The position numbers and the translations under genes were made by a program. A model generated the notes under the pieces. It worked only from the letters and a program-made list of their open reading frames with translations, searched no databases and was not told the origin of the DNA. From Takakia lepidozioides (lineage: Eukaryota > Plantae > Bryophyta), in the NCBI GenBank assembly GCA_030704615.1, contig CM060732.1, positions 42,656,001 to 42,720,000 on the forward strand: a DNA stretch of 64,000 nucleotides, read 5' to 3'. This document shows, piece by piece, positions 12,785-26,365 of this stretch. Each line of letters begins with the position of its first letter. Position 1 is the first letter of the stretch.

Positions 12785-14769
12785 CATACCAAGTCCAACA
12801 CCTTCCAACAGTATCATCAACTATATTCTGGATAAAAAAATGTGTGCAGGAGAAGAAAATGGTCAAGCTAAAAGCAAGACTTCATATAATACAAGTGTTT
12901 GAGATTGTTTCTATCCAAAACCTAAACCTTCCGATTCATCAGGCATCCCCCCATCATCAGTGCTAAACTTGGACTGGCATTCTTGATCTTCTCATCTGAT
13001 TGGGGTCTCTTGGATCATCAGTGTCAACCTTTGGACTGGAGGCCTCAAATGGCGATAGGAAACCTGGTCTCATTAACTTCTGAGCAATCTTCGGATCTAA
13101 AGTTCTTTCATGTAAAGTCCAATACCGCCAGACTTAGGGTGTTGCTTTGTTGTTTTTTATCATTTCCCGAATTTCGTCTCCTGAAGGCGGGCGAGGTCTC
13201 TCTGGTGGATACACTACGTATGACCTCTGCCAATAATCACACAGAACATCTCACACTTCGAAGGGTTGGTGGGTGAACTGGGATCTAGTCTGATATATGC
13301 AACAAGGCAACCATGGTCTGACCTCCCTCCATCTCTTCTAATATACCAGTGTGCCTCACTACTGTGGCGAGTCACCCTGTATACTGCCCCCGTCCCCCCT
13401 TTCTCCAATCTGATTGGAGTGTATGGCAAAGCAACGCTAAGGCCAAGAAAATTCCCCCTCGTCACTACTTTCTGTCTCTTTCACCTGAAGTACAGTGGTC
13501 GCTTAACCCTGACCCTCACCAACATTATGCACAGCTCTGCGCTATGAAACCTAACACTAGGATTTTAGCTTTTTCCACAAGACCTGACATGTAACCCTGC
13601 CACCTGCTGACGACACAACTAACCCAAGGTGTGGCTATACACTTTGAACGCTCCTCTTGAGTCTTCATTTTCAATACAGTGGTGCGGAGGGATTGGTTTC
13701 GAATGGCTTCAAGCCGATTGCAGGGCAGTGTAGACCAGTAGAATATGACCACTTGTATGGAAAGAGGAATGAGTCCAAACTGGATGCTGGGGTCTATGGC
13801 CACAGGGCTACAGCAAATGTCTCATGTGAGTACATTGTCTCTCTCTCCGTCCCTCACACACAAACTTTTGGTTTCCCCTTTCTCCTGGGCTGGCATGCAA
13901 CCGCATGCACATGTCACATTCTGCTGCAATCTATGGGCAAGTGCAGCGGTGCTTGTCAGATTTCATGCTCTCTATTAGGAGGGCACTGCCCAGGCCCCCA
14001 CTGGCTGCTGAGGTTGCCTGGGAATTTGTTGTGGGGGCGGAAATGGTTGCCCATTAAAGCGCAGAACGCCCAAATTGTTGCAATTGGGGTGGTCCAAAAA
14101 TGGAAAGCCCTGGCCAGGGAGGGTAGCTGAGGCTGGCGCTGGTACACCAGATCCATGGGATGGACTGCATTTTGTAGCTTTGTTGTGGCTGCAGTGGCTG
14201 ATCATGCTACAAAACAAACCTCTTTATCCTTCTATCACTTTAGGGTAGGCCGGATCTAATCTTGAATGAGGCCCTGAAGGAAATTTCCTAGCAGTCAACC
14301 TGACGGAAAAATGCTCAAAGACGTGGGAGCAGGAGAGGAGGAGGAAACCCGGAGAAGGAAACCCTCCTTGCTCGCTCTTCCTTTGTTATCTGCAACACAC
14401 CCCAAGATTGATACACAGCTTCCGTCAGATACGCAATCTTCATTCATGTTGCCTCTTCGCACCTGCAGATGTTTAATATTGTTCATTCATTCATTCATGG
14501 AAAAATCTGGAAATATTTTTCTTACTATTCTCATTTGGGCAGCAGTATATATAAGTAAACACTTGCTAATATTCCATGGAATGAGAGGGCTCTGAAATTA
14601 AGGCCAGGGTTGAATTGCTTTAGGGTTTTGGATGCTCCTTCTGGAGCAAATCGAGGATGTACTCCGCAATTGCTTAGCTCGATGATGCAACAAGATCAGC
14701 ATTCAGTGTTGGTTCGGTAATCAAAGGACGCTACTCGGATTCATCAAACCTTGTGTGTTATTACAATGG

Positions 14770-15970
14770 AGGAGTCAACTCCCATTGTACAGACAGCTCC
14801 CTCAACGGCTCTAAAGCTGGATACAGCGTTTACCATGTTGTTATGAACCAGGGTGTGGCCCTTAGGCTTCCCGGCCCTGCCACCATACTACATGCAGAGC
14901 TTACGCCGGCCATATTCGAAGCACTCTCCCAGCTGGTTTCCTTCTCTCCCCCCACCATATTTTTACCGATAGCCTTATCTCACTATTTCTTATCCGAACC
15001 CACCTCTCATGCCCATCCTCTCACCACCATCACCCTGACCGTAACATCATCACCGCCATTGTCAACCTTGTTGTATCCACTTTCTCAAAGTTCGATCACA
15101 TACCGGTATAAGCGGCAATGATGCGACTGACCTCCTTGCCCAGGCAAGCACTTCCCGTCCCCCGGTTGACCCTGCAGACGATCCCATCCACATCGCTCGT
15201 GCCCACCCCTTCTGGCTAATACACCCAGTTCCATGCCCCCCTAATACCCAACCAATACATAATCTGATGACCATTCAGCTCACTCGCGAAGTGAACAAAC
15301 AAGCCATGGCGTCTATCAGTCACACCAAGGTCCATATTCGAAAATGGACATAATCCACCGTTTCCCACCATAAGCTATCAAACTACCTTTGGTATACCAA
15401 AACTGCTACCGATGCACAAATAAGATAGACACTCAAATTCAAATACACTCAATATATGGGCCACCATCGCAAGAACATCGTCTGGCCACGCCTTGTTCCA
15501 TCCCCACATTGCTCACTCTGCTCACACACGTCCCACTAGGTGCGTGACACCTGGCCTCATATTTTCAGTTAGTGTACCCATCCTGTCATCTACGGACTTC
15601 GCATAACTCGCCACAACCATGCAGTCTGGCACATTCATAAACTTCTCATGCACAGCACTGAAACCAAATGGTTCTTAGTCATTAACGTCGATACCTACCA
15701 GGATAGATCCCCAGAGCATATTGTCCCACCGTGGCTACTTCCTTGTATTTGGCCCCATTCGCCCTGTACGTCCTGCCCAGCCAGACTCTGCCTAGACATC
15801 TTGCTTGTCCAAGGCTTACCCATAACCGTCCCCCGCCCTCTACCCTGTCCCCAAACCTCACCGTCCACTTTGTTGAATTTACAAACTGCCATGATCGTTA
15901 CCCCAGCTCCTCCACCATCGATAAACGACAGAAATACGACCCGCTCATCCTCGCAATCCGCCAACAAGGC
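14770..15970 (+). mobile_element. Dualen/RandI-like LINE fragment A (RNase H, zinc finger, RLE)
   Basis: TDSSL..LRLPGPATILHAEL, GNDATDLLA, CSLCSH..DTWPHI..C..ITRHNHAV, RLCLDILLVQG, HFVEFTNCHD..DKRQKY. Confidence 0.7.
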
Positions 15971-17140
15971 GAGTATGTGATCGGACTTTGAGAAGGTGGA
16001 TAGGGCGGTTTATGGAGATGGCGAGATTGACAAGGCAACAATGAGATTCCGGTCTAGGTGGTTATGGTGGGGAGTGGGTCAGGAAAGGTGGTTGCGAATG
16101 AGAAAGAGTGAGGTCAGATTATCAGTAAAAATATAGTATGGAGGGGGAAACGCGTCTAACTGGGAGAGAGCTTCATAGATGGCCATAAGCTCAGCACGTA
16201 AGATATTGGCAGGGCCAGGGAGTCTAATGGTGACTCCTCGGTTAGTGGCGACATGATATATGCTATAACGAGCGCGGGAGTTAGTGAGGGAACCATCGGT
16301 ATAATGTGAGTTGGCTGGAGGGTATTTGAGGGGTATAAGCTGTTGGCATAAGGGGGGGGGGGGGCTTTGAGAGCAGAGGGTAAGTTGGGGGTGGATGGCG
16401 TGGTAGTGCCTTTATCCAGGCTTTGCATGGGCTGATCCTGGGATTAACTAGGAGTAGTAAGGTGGGGTGTGACCCCCGTGGGCAGTTTAAGAAGAGGGTG
16501 TTTGGGGTCTGGTAGAGCTTTTTGTTGCGTGAGTAAGATGATGGTATTGATAGATGGAGAGGAATGGGCCGCAATATGAGCCCATTGAAGAGCTTCTTGT
16601 GCAAGGAGACTTATACCACATATACATGTCCTTATCATCAGTTGCATAGCAAAAAACATACTGAATGGTGGCCCATTTGACAAAGTTAAAGCAAGTTGGT
16701 TGAGCTTCAAAGACATCAGCTGTGCATTGGAAGTAGTGAATAGTAAAAAGTACGGCGGTGGGAGAGAGAGAGAAGACTTCGGTCGAAGCCGATGTAACTA
16801 AGCCTCCACTAGTTCGCCTCACGGCTACTGCTCTTTTTTCGGGGGTGGGCCCTATTAAGACAACATGTTGAGCCTACAAGTGTCAAGGGGGCACCAGGTA
16901 ACTTGGGGGCATGGGTGTCTAGGGAACCTGTGGGTAGGGGTGCCTAGGGAACCAAGGGGAGGGTGGATTGAAGTTTCCATTTTATTAGTGATAATAGCTG
17001 TGAGGGAGCGGAGCGCCGTGAGGTGGATGACCTTGAAGCATTTATGAATGGGGGAGAGAGGAATATTAAAGTTATTGCATAGTGCGGTAATACTGACGTT
17101 GTGAATTCCACCTCTAGTATCAGCAGTGAGGACAGTTAGT
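15971..17140 (-). mobile_element. Inverted block holding the 3' end of LINE copy A with its (CT)n tail, then the 5'/RNase H part of copy C
   Basis: Minus strand reads PLTVLTADTRGGIHN...NK, a 3'UTR homologous to 18470-18570, then YTDGSLTNSRARYSIYHVATNRGVTIRLPGPANILRAELMAIYEAL..YIFTD. Confidence 0.7.
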
Positions 17141-18571
17141 GGATGAGGTAGCCGACCTCCTTGGCCCAACAAGGGGCCGCCCCTCATTCACAACCACCTT
17201 TCCCGACCCTCTTCCCACCATAACCACCCAGACCGGAATCTCATTGTTGCCATTGTCAATCGTGCCATCTCCATAGACCGCCCTATCCACCTTCTCAAAG
17301 TCTGATCGCATACTAGTATTACCGGCAATGAGGCAGCCGACCTCCTTGCCCAACAAGGGGCCGCCCGGCTCCCAGTTGATTTTATGTCGGATCATCCACA
17401 TTGCACATACCCACCCATTCTGGCTCATATATCCTGTACCAGACCCCCCTGATCCCAGACCAATCCGTAACCTCGTCAAAACACTTACTCGGGAGGCTAA
17501 CAAAAAAGCCGCGGCCTCTATAAGCCACACCAAGGTACATATCCAGAAATGGACACAATCCTCAGTACTACACTATAAATTGTCAAACCATTTCTTGCAC
17601 ACCAAGTCGCAACCAATGCAAAAATGTGACAAACTCTCAAATTCAGATATGCTCAATACATGGGCCATCAACGCAAACACACCTTCTGGTCGGGCCTATT
17701 CCCATCCCCAAACTGTCCACTATGTTCACACACCCACACAGAACGTGATATCTCCAGCCCCACCTCCTCAGCCAATGTACTCTCCCTGTCATACATGGCC
17801 TCCGAATTACTAGACACAATCATGTCGTTTGGCACATTCATAAACTTTTTCTAAACCGCATTGAAACTAGACAGTTCTCACTCATTAACGTTGGTACCTA
17901 CCAAGGTAGACCCCCAGTTCACACTGTCCTACCCTGGCTTCTCCCATGCACTTGTCAACCCCACTCTCTATGCACATGCCCTGCTAGAGTACTATGCCCG
18001 GATATCTTGCTAGTCCAAGGCCTACCGGTAAACGCCCCCCCACCAAATACCCCATCACCAAACCTCACCATACATTTTATCGAGTTTATATACTGCCATG
18101 ATCAATATCCCAGCTCCTCTATTCTTGACAAACGACAAAAATATACTCCACTCATCCTAGCTGTCCGCCAAAAAAGATGGTCCATTGGCCCATTAACTGT
18201 CGTCACCGCCGGTACTAAAGGCGGCATTCACAACGCTAGTATCTCGGCACTCCACACAAACTTTCGCATTCCCATCTCTCCTATCCACAAATGCTTTAAA
18301 GCTATCCACCTCATAGCACTTCGCTCTCTCACAACTATTATTACCAACAAGCGGCAACTTGAAGCTGCTCTCCCATCAGCCTTCTAGGAACCCTCGGGGT
18401 ACCCGAGGGTACCCATGATACCTCAGGCACCTCCTTCCCTCGGTTACTTGGTGTCCCCTAGACACCGGATTTATTCATAGGGCCCACCCCCGAAAGGGGG
18501 CAATAGCCGCAATGCAAAGTGGCTATTAATTATGCCGGTCCACCGACCGGACTCTCTCTCTCTCTCTCTCT
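17141..18571 (+). mobile_element. Dualen/RandI-like LINE fragment C with intact 3' end and (CT)n tail
   Basis: GNEAADLLA, PNCPLCSH, CPDILLVQG..IHFIEFIYCHD..DKRQKY..AGTKGGIH; 3' hairpins followed by a (CT)n tail. Confidence 0.75.
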
Positions 18572-19684
18572 AAATCCTGGGGAATTTTGATTCAAGTTCT
18601 GTGATTTTCTGATATATTAAATCTGAAAAGACGAACGGAATCTGGATGCAAATTAATGTCCTTCAATGTCATTCCTGCCAGCAGCATTTACTCCTAGAAA
18701 ACCTAAGTTGATTGCCATGGCTATAACATGAGAAATTTTCTCCTTTACTCGCATTACCTATTTTTTTGCTTCGTATCGCAAGTGGGATCAGATGGCTCAA
18801 GTTGCATCGCTTGCACAAGTCTTAAAGGTTGTAGTGGTTGCACAGATCTTTGTTTGCTTTCCATAGCATGTTTGACAGCGATAGCAAGCACGCATACCCG
18901 CTGATACCTGATGCATCCTCACTAACTGGCACCTTTGTGGTAGGTTCTTGGGACGAGCACAGGTAAGGGTACTGCGATTTTCATGATATGTTCATTTGTG
19001 ACCACCAGAAGTCGTATATGCCACTTGTACCTCCGCCACATCAGGATCTACGGTCAAACACGTTTGACCAGATAGGGGAAGATGGTAGATACAACTAGGA
19101 GTCATGGCCAAAACTGCAACAGGATGATGTGGGCATGGGAATGTATGACTGCTAGTATTCGCAACTGCACGTGGCGATTGCCGGCTGCCCAAGGAGTGTC
19201 TACGTGGATGATGCAAACATAAATGGATAAAACAAATGCAGGACATTATTACAAATGACGACGTGTCAATCTATCATTGCTCGCAGGGTTGGACATGTAG
19301 GTGCATTGGATGCAAGTGCATCTAACGGCTGCACACGATGCATGTTACTAACATGTGGGCTTGGTGGAGAACAGAGACAAGTCCCGAACATGCGTATGAG
19401 AGGCGACCATGCAGGTTCTATGATGGTTGAAGCGGTGCACTGCATTTTTGGAGAATTGGCAACACAATTGAAAGACAAAGACATGAGAGAAGACGAAACG
19501 ATGCATTCAGTGGATACACACCCTGATGCAAAACACCGGCCACTCATTCACATTCACAGTGATGCAAAATATGTGTAGACAAAAAGACCCAGTGGGTAGT
19601 TCAGGGCACCTAGAAATGATTGGTGTTTGTTATACCGCAATCTGCAAATGCACTGGCCTACTCAGAATCATGGCACATTCCTGC

Positions 19685-20245
19685 TGTCAAGGACAAGAAC
19701 ATGACTAAACACAAACAAGAGATCAGACTAGAGGTACAAGACTAGACAAGAAGTTAAGGTCGGCGTGGTTGAATGCATAGTGGGTAAACATGAATTAAGA
19801 TGATCTTTATAACAATGGACAAGAGTACAAGATACTGGAACTCAACTCGAATACATGAATGCTGGAAACTGGACTGGGGTACCAGATACTGGAAACTGGA
19901 CTAGAGTACTGGAAGTTGGACTGGAGTACTGGGACTGGGAACAAGAGTAGCTTGAACTTGTGTTGGCGAAACTGAAGAGTGTCCAGTCTCGTCTCTTATA
20001 TATACTGGCTACTAGAAGGTTCCCTAAGAGGCTTCCCCAAATGAGGTTTCTTGATGGAGAAGTTTCTTTCAAATGAAGGTTCTTTAGCAGTTTCCCAAGT
20101 TACTCTTAGTAATTTGATAAACTCCTGGTAACTTGATAATTAATGGTAAAACATGGTAAATCACGATAAGTCATGATAACTTTCAGTATCTTGGTAACTT
20201 ATGGTATTTACTCATGGTAAGTTTTTCTCGACTACGTCCGTGACA
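19685..20245 (-). repeat. 3' LTR of the chromovirus
   Basis: Direct repeat of 33440-33997, adjacent to PPT TAGAGGAGGGGGTGA on the minus strand. Confidence 0.95.
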
Positions 20246-20820
20246 TCACCCCCTCCTCTAGTGCCGAGTTCCTCGAGGAGTGATAAAATCTTGGACTTGC
20301 TTAGAGTTGGAGAAAATCCAAAATCCGACGAATGGTACTTGCCAAGTATTCGGCTCTTCGTTCTTGACTCAAATGATTTATAGGTCCATGCAACCATCGA
20401 TAGTGCACAACACCTTGAACTTGGGACCACGCAGTGATTTGAGTATTCTGATTTTCGAAGCTGGCTTCAAACATGATTTCGTTGCCCTCTGGGTCCGAAG
20501 CCTCAACCTCCAATAGAATTATCAGACTTCGAGTAGGCTCCACTTACCGTCGTATGGGGTCCAGACATCATCTCGAGAGCGTCGGCGTGATGTTGAGGGT
20601 CGTGAGAGTCGAAACGGCTGATCTGGTAGTTGGGTAAGCGACAACTCCAATGTATTTGGTTCCTGTGACTCCATGCTACCAGTACAAGATGCAAGAGTGC
20701 TGGAAGTGTAGCTATATATACTAATGTATGGTGCTCCTCCCTCCTTAGCGTGTATCAGGTACATTGAATGTAGAGTCTTCACCTTGAAGCTAACTTGGCT
20801 GACATCATCATTGTGACATC

Positions 20821-23415
20821 TTATTGACATGTAGCTGGGGGCTTAGCTAGATATCGTTGATGAAACTCTTGGACTTTGTCAGATGCATTGACGAGGTTGG
20901 ACGAAGGTTCCCACGTTCGTTCGTTGATGTCGTAACCTTTCCAATGTACGAAATACTCAAGACGTTTATACTTGATGCGAGAGTCTAGGACTTCGTCGAC
21001 TTCATACTCAATTTCCTGATTGACTTCGATTGGTGGAGGTGGTACGAAGACTCTCCCTAGAATATTCGATGGATTATACAACTCCAATAATAAAACATGA
21101 AAGACTAGATGGATGCACATACTTCGTGGGAGTTCAAGCCGAAAAATGATCGGATTTATTTGTCGAATAATTTTGAATGGTCTCAGGCGTTGATAATCCA
21201 ACTTCCTTGATGGACGCGAGGTTTGTATGTCATGTCGAAGAAGCCACACACGATCTCCGACCTTGAACTGGGGTTGGAGTTGGCGATGTTGATCTGCATA
21301 CTCATTGTATTGTTTTTGAGCTTCTTGCGAGGTGGAATGTAAGCTCCTTGTGAATCGTAGCAAGATGAGTAGCAAGGTTTTCTACAGCAGGGCTTCCAAC
21401 AATCTTCATGTGGAAAGGGTTTGCTCGAAGATGATGACCATAATTGGAGAAAAATGGAGTTTGTTTGGTCGAAGAACATATAGTGTAACTGTAGGCAAAC
21501 TCAGCCAATGACAGAAGGTTCGTCCAATTATCTTGGTGATAATTTATTGTACAGTGAAGATACTGTTCCAAAATATGGTTTACACATTTGGTTTGACCAT
21601 CAGTCTATGGATGATTAGCTGTAGAGAGGTTGATCTTAGTATCCAATATGTGAACTGTGGTTCTCGATCAGATATGATGTCTTTCGGGAGTCCATGAATG
21701 CGGTAGATATTATTGAGGAAGAGTCTTACAGTTTCCTCGCCGGTAACCGTCTTATTACATGGAATAAAATGTGTCATCTTCGTAAAACGATCTACAATAA
21801 CAAGGATTGAATCGGTGGTCTAGGAAATTGGAAGGTCCGTAATAAAGTCCATAGACACGGACGACCATGGACCCTTGAGAATGGATAATGGTTGAAGAAG
21901 GCCGTAAGGTCGATGTCATGGTCATTTCGCTCTAGCACACGTGTCACAAGATTTTATAAATTCTTTCACGAGTTTTCACATCTGCGGCCACCAATAGTCC
22001 CTGGATATCAATTCCATTGTTTTGTTGAAACCGAAATGTCCCACAGCCGGAAGATCATGACATATTTGAAGAATTCGAAGTCGTGTAGGTCTTGGAGCTA
22101 CATAGGGAAGTCCCTTGAAATAAAGTAAGCCGTCTTTGAATTCGAAGTTGTTTGTAACACGTGGGTTGTCTCGAGGTCGATTTAGTTGACTTCGCAGTGT
22201 CGTAGCAAATTGGTCATTCTTCAGTGCTGCCTGAATCTTCTTTATGATCTCTGCATTATCATAGGTGGACATGGATAGCATATTCAATTGGAGATTTGTT
22301 AGTTTCAAGATGATGGATTTCTGTTGGTCGAAAGCTGTCTCATTTTTTTTCGGTGTAAGATACGATCGTTGAGAAAGAACATCGGGTTTCCCTTGAAGAT
22401 GTCTGGGGCGATATGTTATAACAAAATTAAACCTTGCTAGTGACATACCCCATCTGGCTTGACATCGATTCAAAACACGAACACTCATAAAATATTCGAG
22501 GTTTTTGTTATTGGCGTAGACAATGACTTGATGTTTAGCTCCCTCTAGTAGATGACGCCACTCCTCAAAAGCATCAATGATCGCTGGAAGTTCTTTGTCA
22601 TGGATTTCATAATTGATCTCTGTAGCGGAAAATTTGTGAGAACGAAAACCAACAGGGTGAAGTCGGCCATCCGTACCGTATTGAGAGAGTATAACGTCAA
22701 GTGCAAATCCGATGCATCTGCTTCCAAGAAGAATGGTTTAGATGGGTCTGCATGTACTAATATTGGAGACGTTGTAAATGTCTGTTTCAGCCTTTCAAAT
22801 GTCTGATCAGCCTTCTCGTCCCATACAAATTTGTCCTTGCATGTGAGTCGTGTCAATGGTGCAGCAATTTTGGAATAGTCATTGATGAAGATTCTATAGA
22901 TGAGGCAGTTTTCGACCAACAGAAATCCATCATCTTGAAACTAGCAAATCTCAGAAAATATTGTACATCTCGGACCGAAGTTGGTTTAATCCACTCGATG
23001 ATGATTTGTATTTTCTTCTGATCCATAAAGATGTATTTGTCGGAATAATGTAGGCCAGAAATTCGACCTCAGATTGATGGAAAAGACATTTTTCCAACTT
23101 GGCATATAGTCCTCTTTCTCTTAATTTATCAAGGACAAGGCGTACATGGCGGCCATGTTCTTCTTCATTATGTGAAAATATCAAAATGTCGTCCAAATAG
23201 ATGACTACAAAGTCATCTAAAAATTCTCAAAATATGTCATTCATTATATGTTAGAAAATTGTTGGAGCATTTGTAAGACCGAAAGGCATAACACTGTATT
23301 CAAAATGTCCATACCTTGTTCAAAAAGTTGTTTTTCATTCGTTTTTTTTTTTAATCCATACAACGTTATAAGCTCATCTCAGGTCAATTTTGGTAAAAAT
23401 CTTCGCTCGTCCCAG
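20821..23415 (-). pseudogene. Chromovirus pol remnant: RT, RNase H, integrase, chromodomain
   Basis: [45 protein letters not shown], and chromodomain YEVDEVLDSR..YFVHWKGYDINERTWEP; many frameshifts. Confidence 0.93.
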
Positions 23416-25545
23416 CTGCGGAGGGTAGCATGGCGGAGGGGTATACGTTGCAAGAAGCTATGTTCTATTGCACGGAGTACATGACAAGGGTGGCTGAAAA
23501 AGCCCCTTGGATGTGGAAGGAAGAGGAGGATGCACGAACCAATGACATCGTTTTGCCCAAAAAATCGAATAGGGTAAAATTACCGACCTTGGTGATTGAG
23601 CAAGCGCATGACTTCATACTGAAGAACACCCAATCCATACATGAGTAGGAGGCAAGATACAATAATCTTGTTCAGCAACAAAGGAGGAGACGCTTGCATG
23701 GAGGCGGAACCATCCAAGGCCGGTTACTAGACGCCCGCCGGAATGTTCCTTCACAAAATTTGCCCATGGAATTGCAGCCTTTAAGTTCATTCCAACAGTG
23801 GCTTCGGACGTCTGTTTATGACGTCGTTGCTCAAGGAGAGGTGGTTTCAGATTTGGTGCAAGACATTACAAGGGGCCCCTCTCAATTCGCGACCTCATAC
23901 ACGGCGATTTGGGTTCACGGTCGTCATTTCCGCATTGGTGCTCTTGACATGAAGCGCAAAACAACCTTTGATTCTGGCTTGTGTGCCATATATTGGCAAG
24001 ACTCCGTATGGGGCAAGGGACATACACGACTAGCTATGAGCAAACTTGAGTACATTGGAGAGCTTGAGAGCATACTCCAACTTCAGTATACAAGGTACCC
24101 GCCTCTTCTCTTCTAGGGAAGGTGGTTCCAGCCATATCTTGTGGGGCCCTCCGCAACGCTATTGCAAGATGATTGTGGTTTCATGCGCGTCAATGCAGAT
24201 AGGCTCAACCCTACTCATCGTCCCTCCGATGAGCATTTTTCATGGCCTTCAGACATGGAGCAAATTTTCTTCTCCGATGATAAAACAAGAGGGGGGGAAT
24301 TGGAACGTGGTTGTGCATGCTCAGCCAAGAGAAAGACATATCTATCATGGTCTTTGATCTCCATGGGGTGAGGCAATTGCGGTGGACAGAGATACTGGTC
24401 ATAATGATGTTGATGATAGAGGTTGGGTAGAGGGGGTAGAAGAGGATGATAACGTCCCGGACAATGCATCCCGGACCCTATATGATGAAGCTCCTGAAGA
24501 TACGGATGTTGGAGAATGAAACGAAGACACGACCATTGACAACGAGATGGAGGATGATTCGGATGTGCCTTTTGAGGGCCGGACCATTTATGACGATGAC
24601 TCCGATGACTCCGATGACCAAGAAGACTTGCAGCTTGATGAGGATGAAGAAGCTCCGGATGATGATGTTCAAGTTGATTATACACAAAATCAAAGCTACA
24701 TAACAATTCTCGCACCGAACTGTACCTATCCCTTTGATTGATTGTACATGTACATGCATATTGTAGCTTATTTCTATGATTGATCAAATAGGGCTGTGGC
24801 TGGTAGTCTTTCAAGAAAGAAGGCAGAGGCAATGAATATGTTGGAGAACCACATACAGATGTGGTATCAAGAGAATTATCAAAATGTTCGGACAACACTT
24901 ATGATGGCTATCACTTTCTTGTATTCCTCTTTTGTCCATTGCCAAGGTGCGCGCCTATACTTCCACCGTACAACACCCTTTGGGTCCACACCATTTTGTT
25001 CTAGATGGCGCATGCGACCCTGCTCCTCAAGCTCTTTTCTAACACCGAGAGAATCTCCTTTTGCAACCACTCAATTCTTTGCCGGCGTGCCATGAAGAAC
25101 CCGAAAAAAGGGACGAGCAGACATTCTTCTCAATATGCATGGGATCTAGAAGATGGCAAATCTTCAGGTCCTACATATATTCCCACCCACAAATACTTAC
25201 ACAAATTTTTTTACGTGAAAGTGATAATGCAACGCATACCCAAATGTGCAATATCACATGCATGCATAGGGATATTGACGGTGTTTTTGTGGAATATGTA
25301 CCGCCCAATATGACAACTCGTAAAAGATTGAAAGTCGTTTCATGCCGGGCACGTCCACTTCACCGTCCGTGCCCGCATAGGCCTCCTTCCATTGGTCCTC
25401 CCAAAACTGCCCGGACGGTGTCATAGGGGGGGGACGTACTTCCTCTTTGTCATCAAACAAATGTTTCTCTCTTCTTCTCCATCGATGGCTCATAGGAAGA
25501 AATTTGCAGTAGTTGGGATACACCATCTTGTGAAGATGGCAGGAG

Positions 25546-26365
25546 CAGCGTCCGGGAAATAATTTCAGTTGAACCAGCCAGTAGCCGCTCATTCCCAGCA
25601 GCAGACGGCTAAGTGGGTTGGGCAGTCGGTTGCTGCCCCTTAGTGGTAACTATACCCGGTCAATTTCCGAGATAATTTCTTTACAACCGGTAATATTCCT
25701 AATGATTTATTTTGTGTTCAGCTATAAATCCGGCCCTTATAAATATCAACCGGTTGACAACACAAGTGTCAAATGCACAACAATAAGTAAATAATAATAA
25801 TAATAAATAATCACAACCAGTTTTAAGCAATTCAAACAAGTGAAGAACATTGTATCCTTATAGAAGTTGGACCTGTCAATGCCTTCAAACCACATGGAGG
25901 CCAAGAATTGAACCCGCGTGGACAGGTGAGCTGTGATAGCAGGCAGCGAGTGCAAGCAGGCGTGGGGCTGGGGCTGGGGCTGCGAGAGCAACGTCCAGAC
26001 TTAGTAGGGTTTGCCCGCGGGCCCGCCCTCTTTGAGTTCAATATTTTTCACCTAAACGCCCTTCCTTGGATGTAACCCGGCCTGGCACGTTGGATTTCTG
26101 CCATGTGGTGGACTTCGACGGCCATTTCCATTTTTTGTAATATAAGAAGGGCCGGAATCCGTCCAGGCCTTGCCAACTAAGGCAGATTTCCTGTCTGTAA
26201 TGAAATGGAAAGGCAAATATCCTTCCTAAAAGTAGGGCCCGGTTGATTTCCACTTCGGCCATTTTTTTCCCTCGGATCCATTTCCTGAGGTTTCATATTT
26301 CATTCGGAAATTCTGGAATTCAGTCGGCTAGCATGTAACTGGCTGCCGGTTCTCCCCGGACTTTG
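25546..26365. mobile_element. hAT-type MITE inserted in the CACTA transposase
   Basis: TIRs CAGCGTCCGGG / CCCGGACTTTG and 8-bp TSD GGCAGGAG / GGCGGGAG; the transposase frame resumes across it. Confidence 0.75.

Noticed and set aside
12980-13810. Possible decayed gag or zinc knuckle on the minus strand
   Set aside because: Only vague motifs (YMSGL, GRGHT); not supportable.
18990-19684. Possible coding relic interrupted by the chromovirus, continuing at 33998-34300
   Set aside because: No recognisable domain after rejoining the flanks; many stops.
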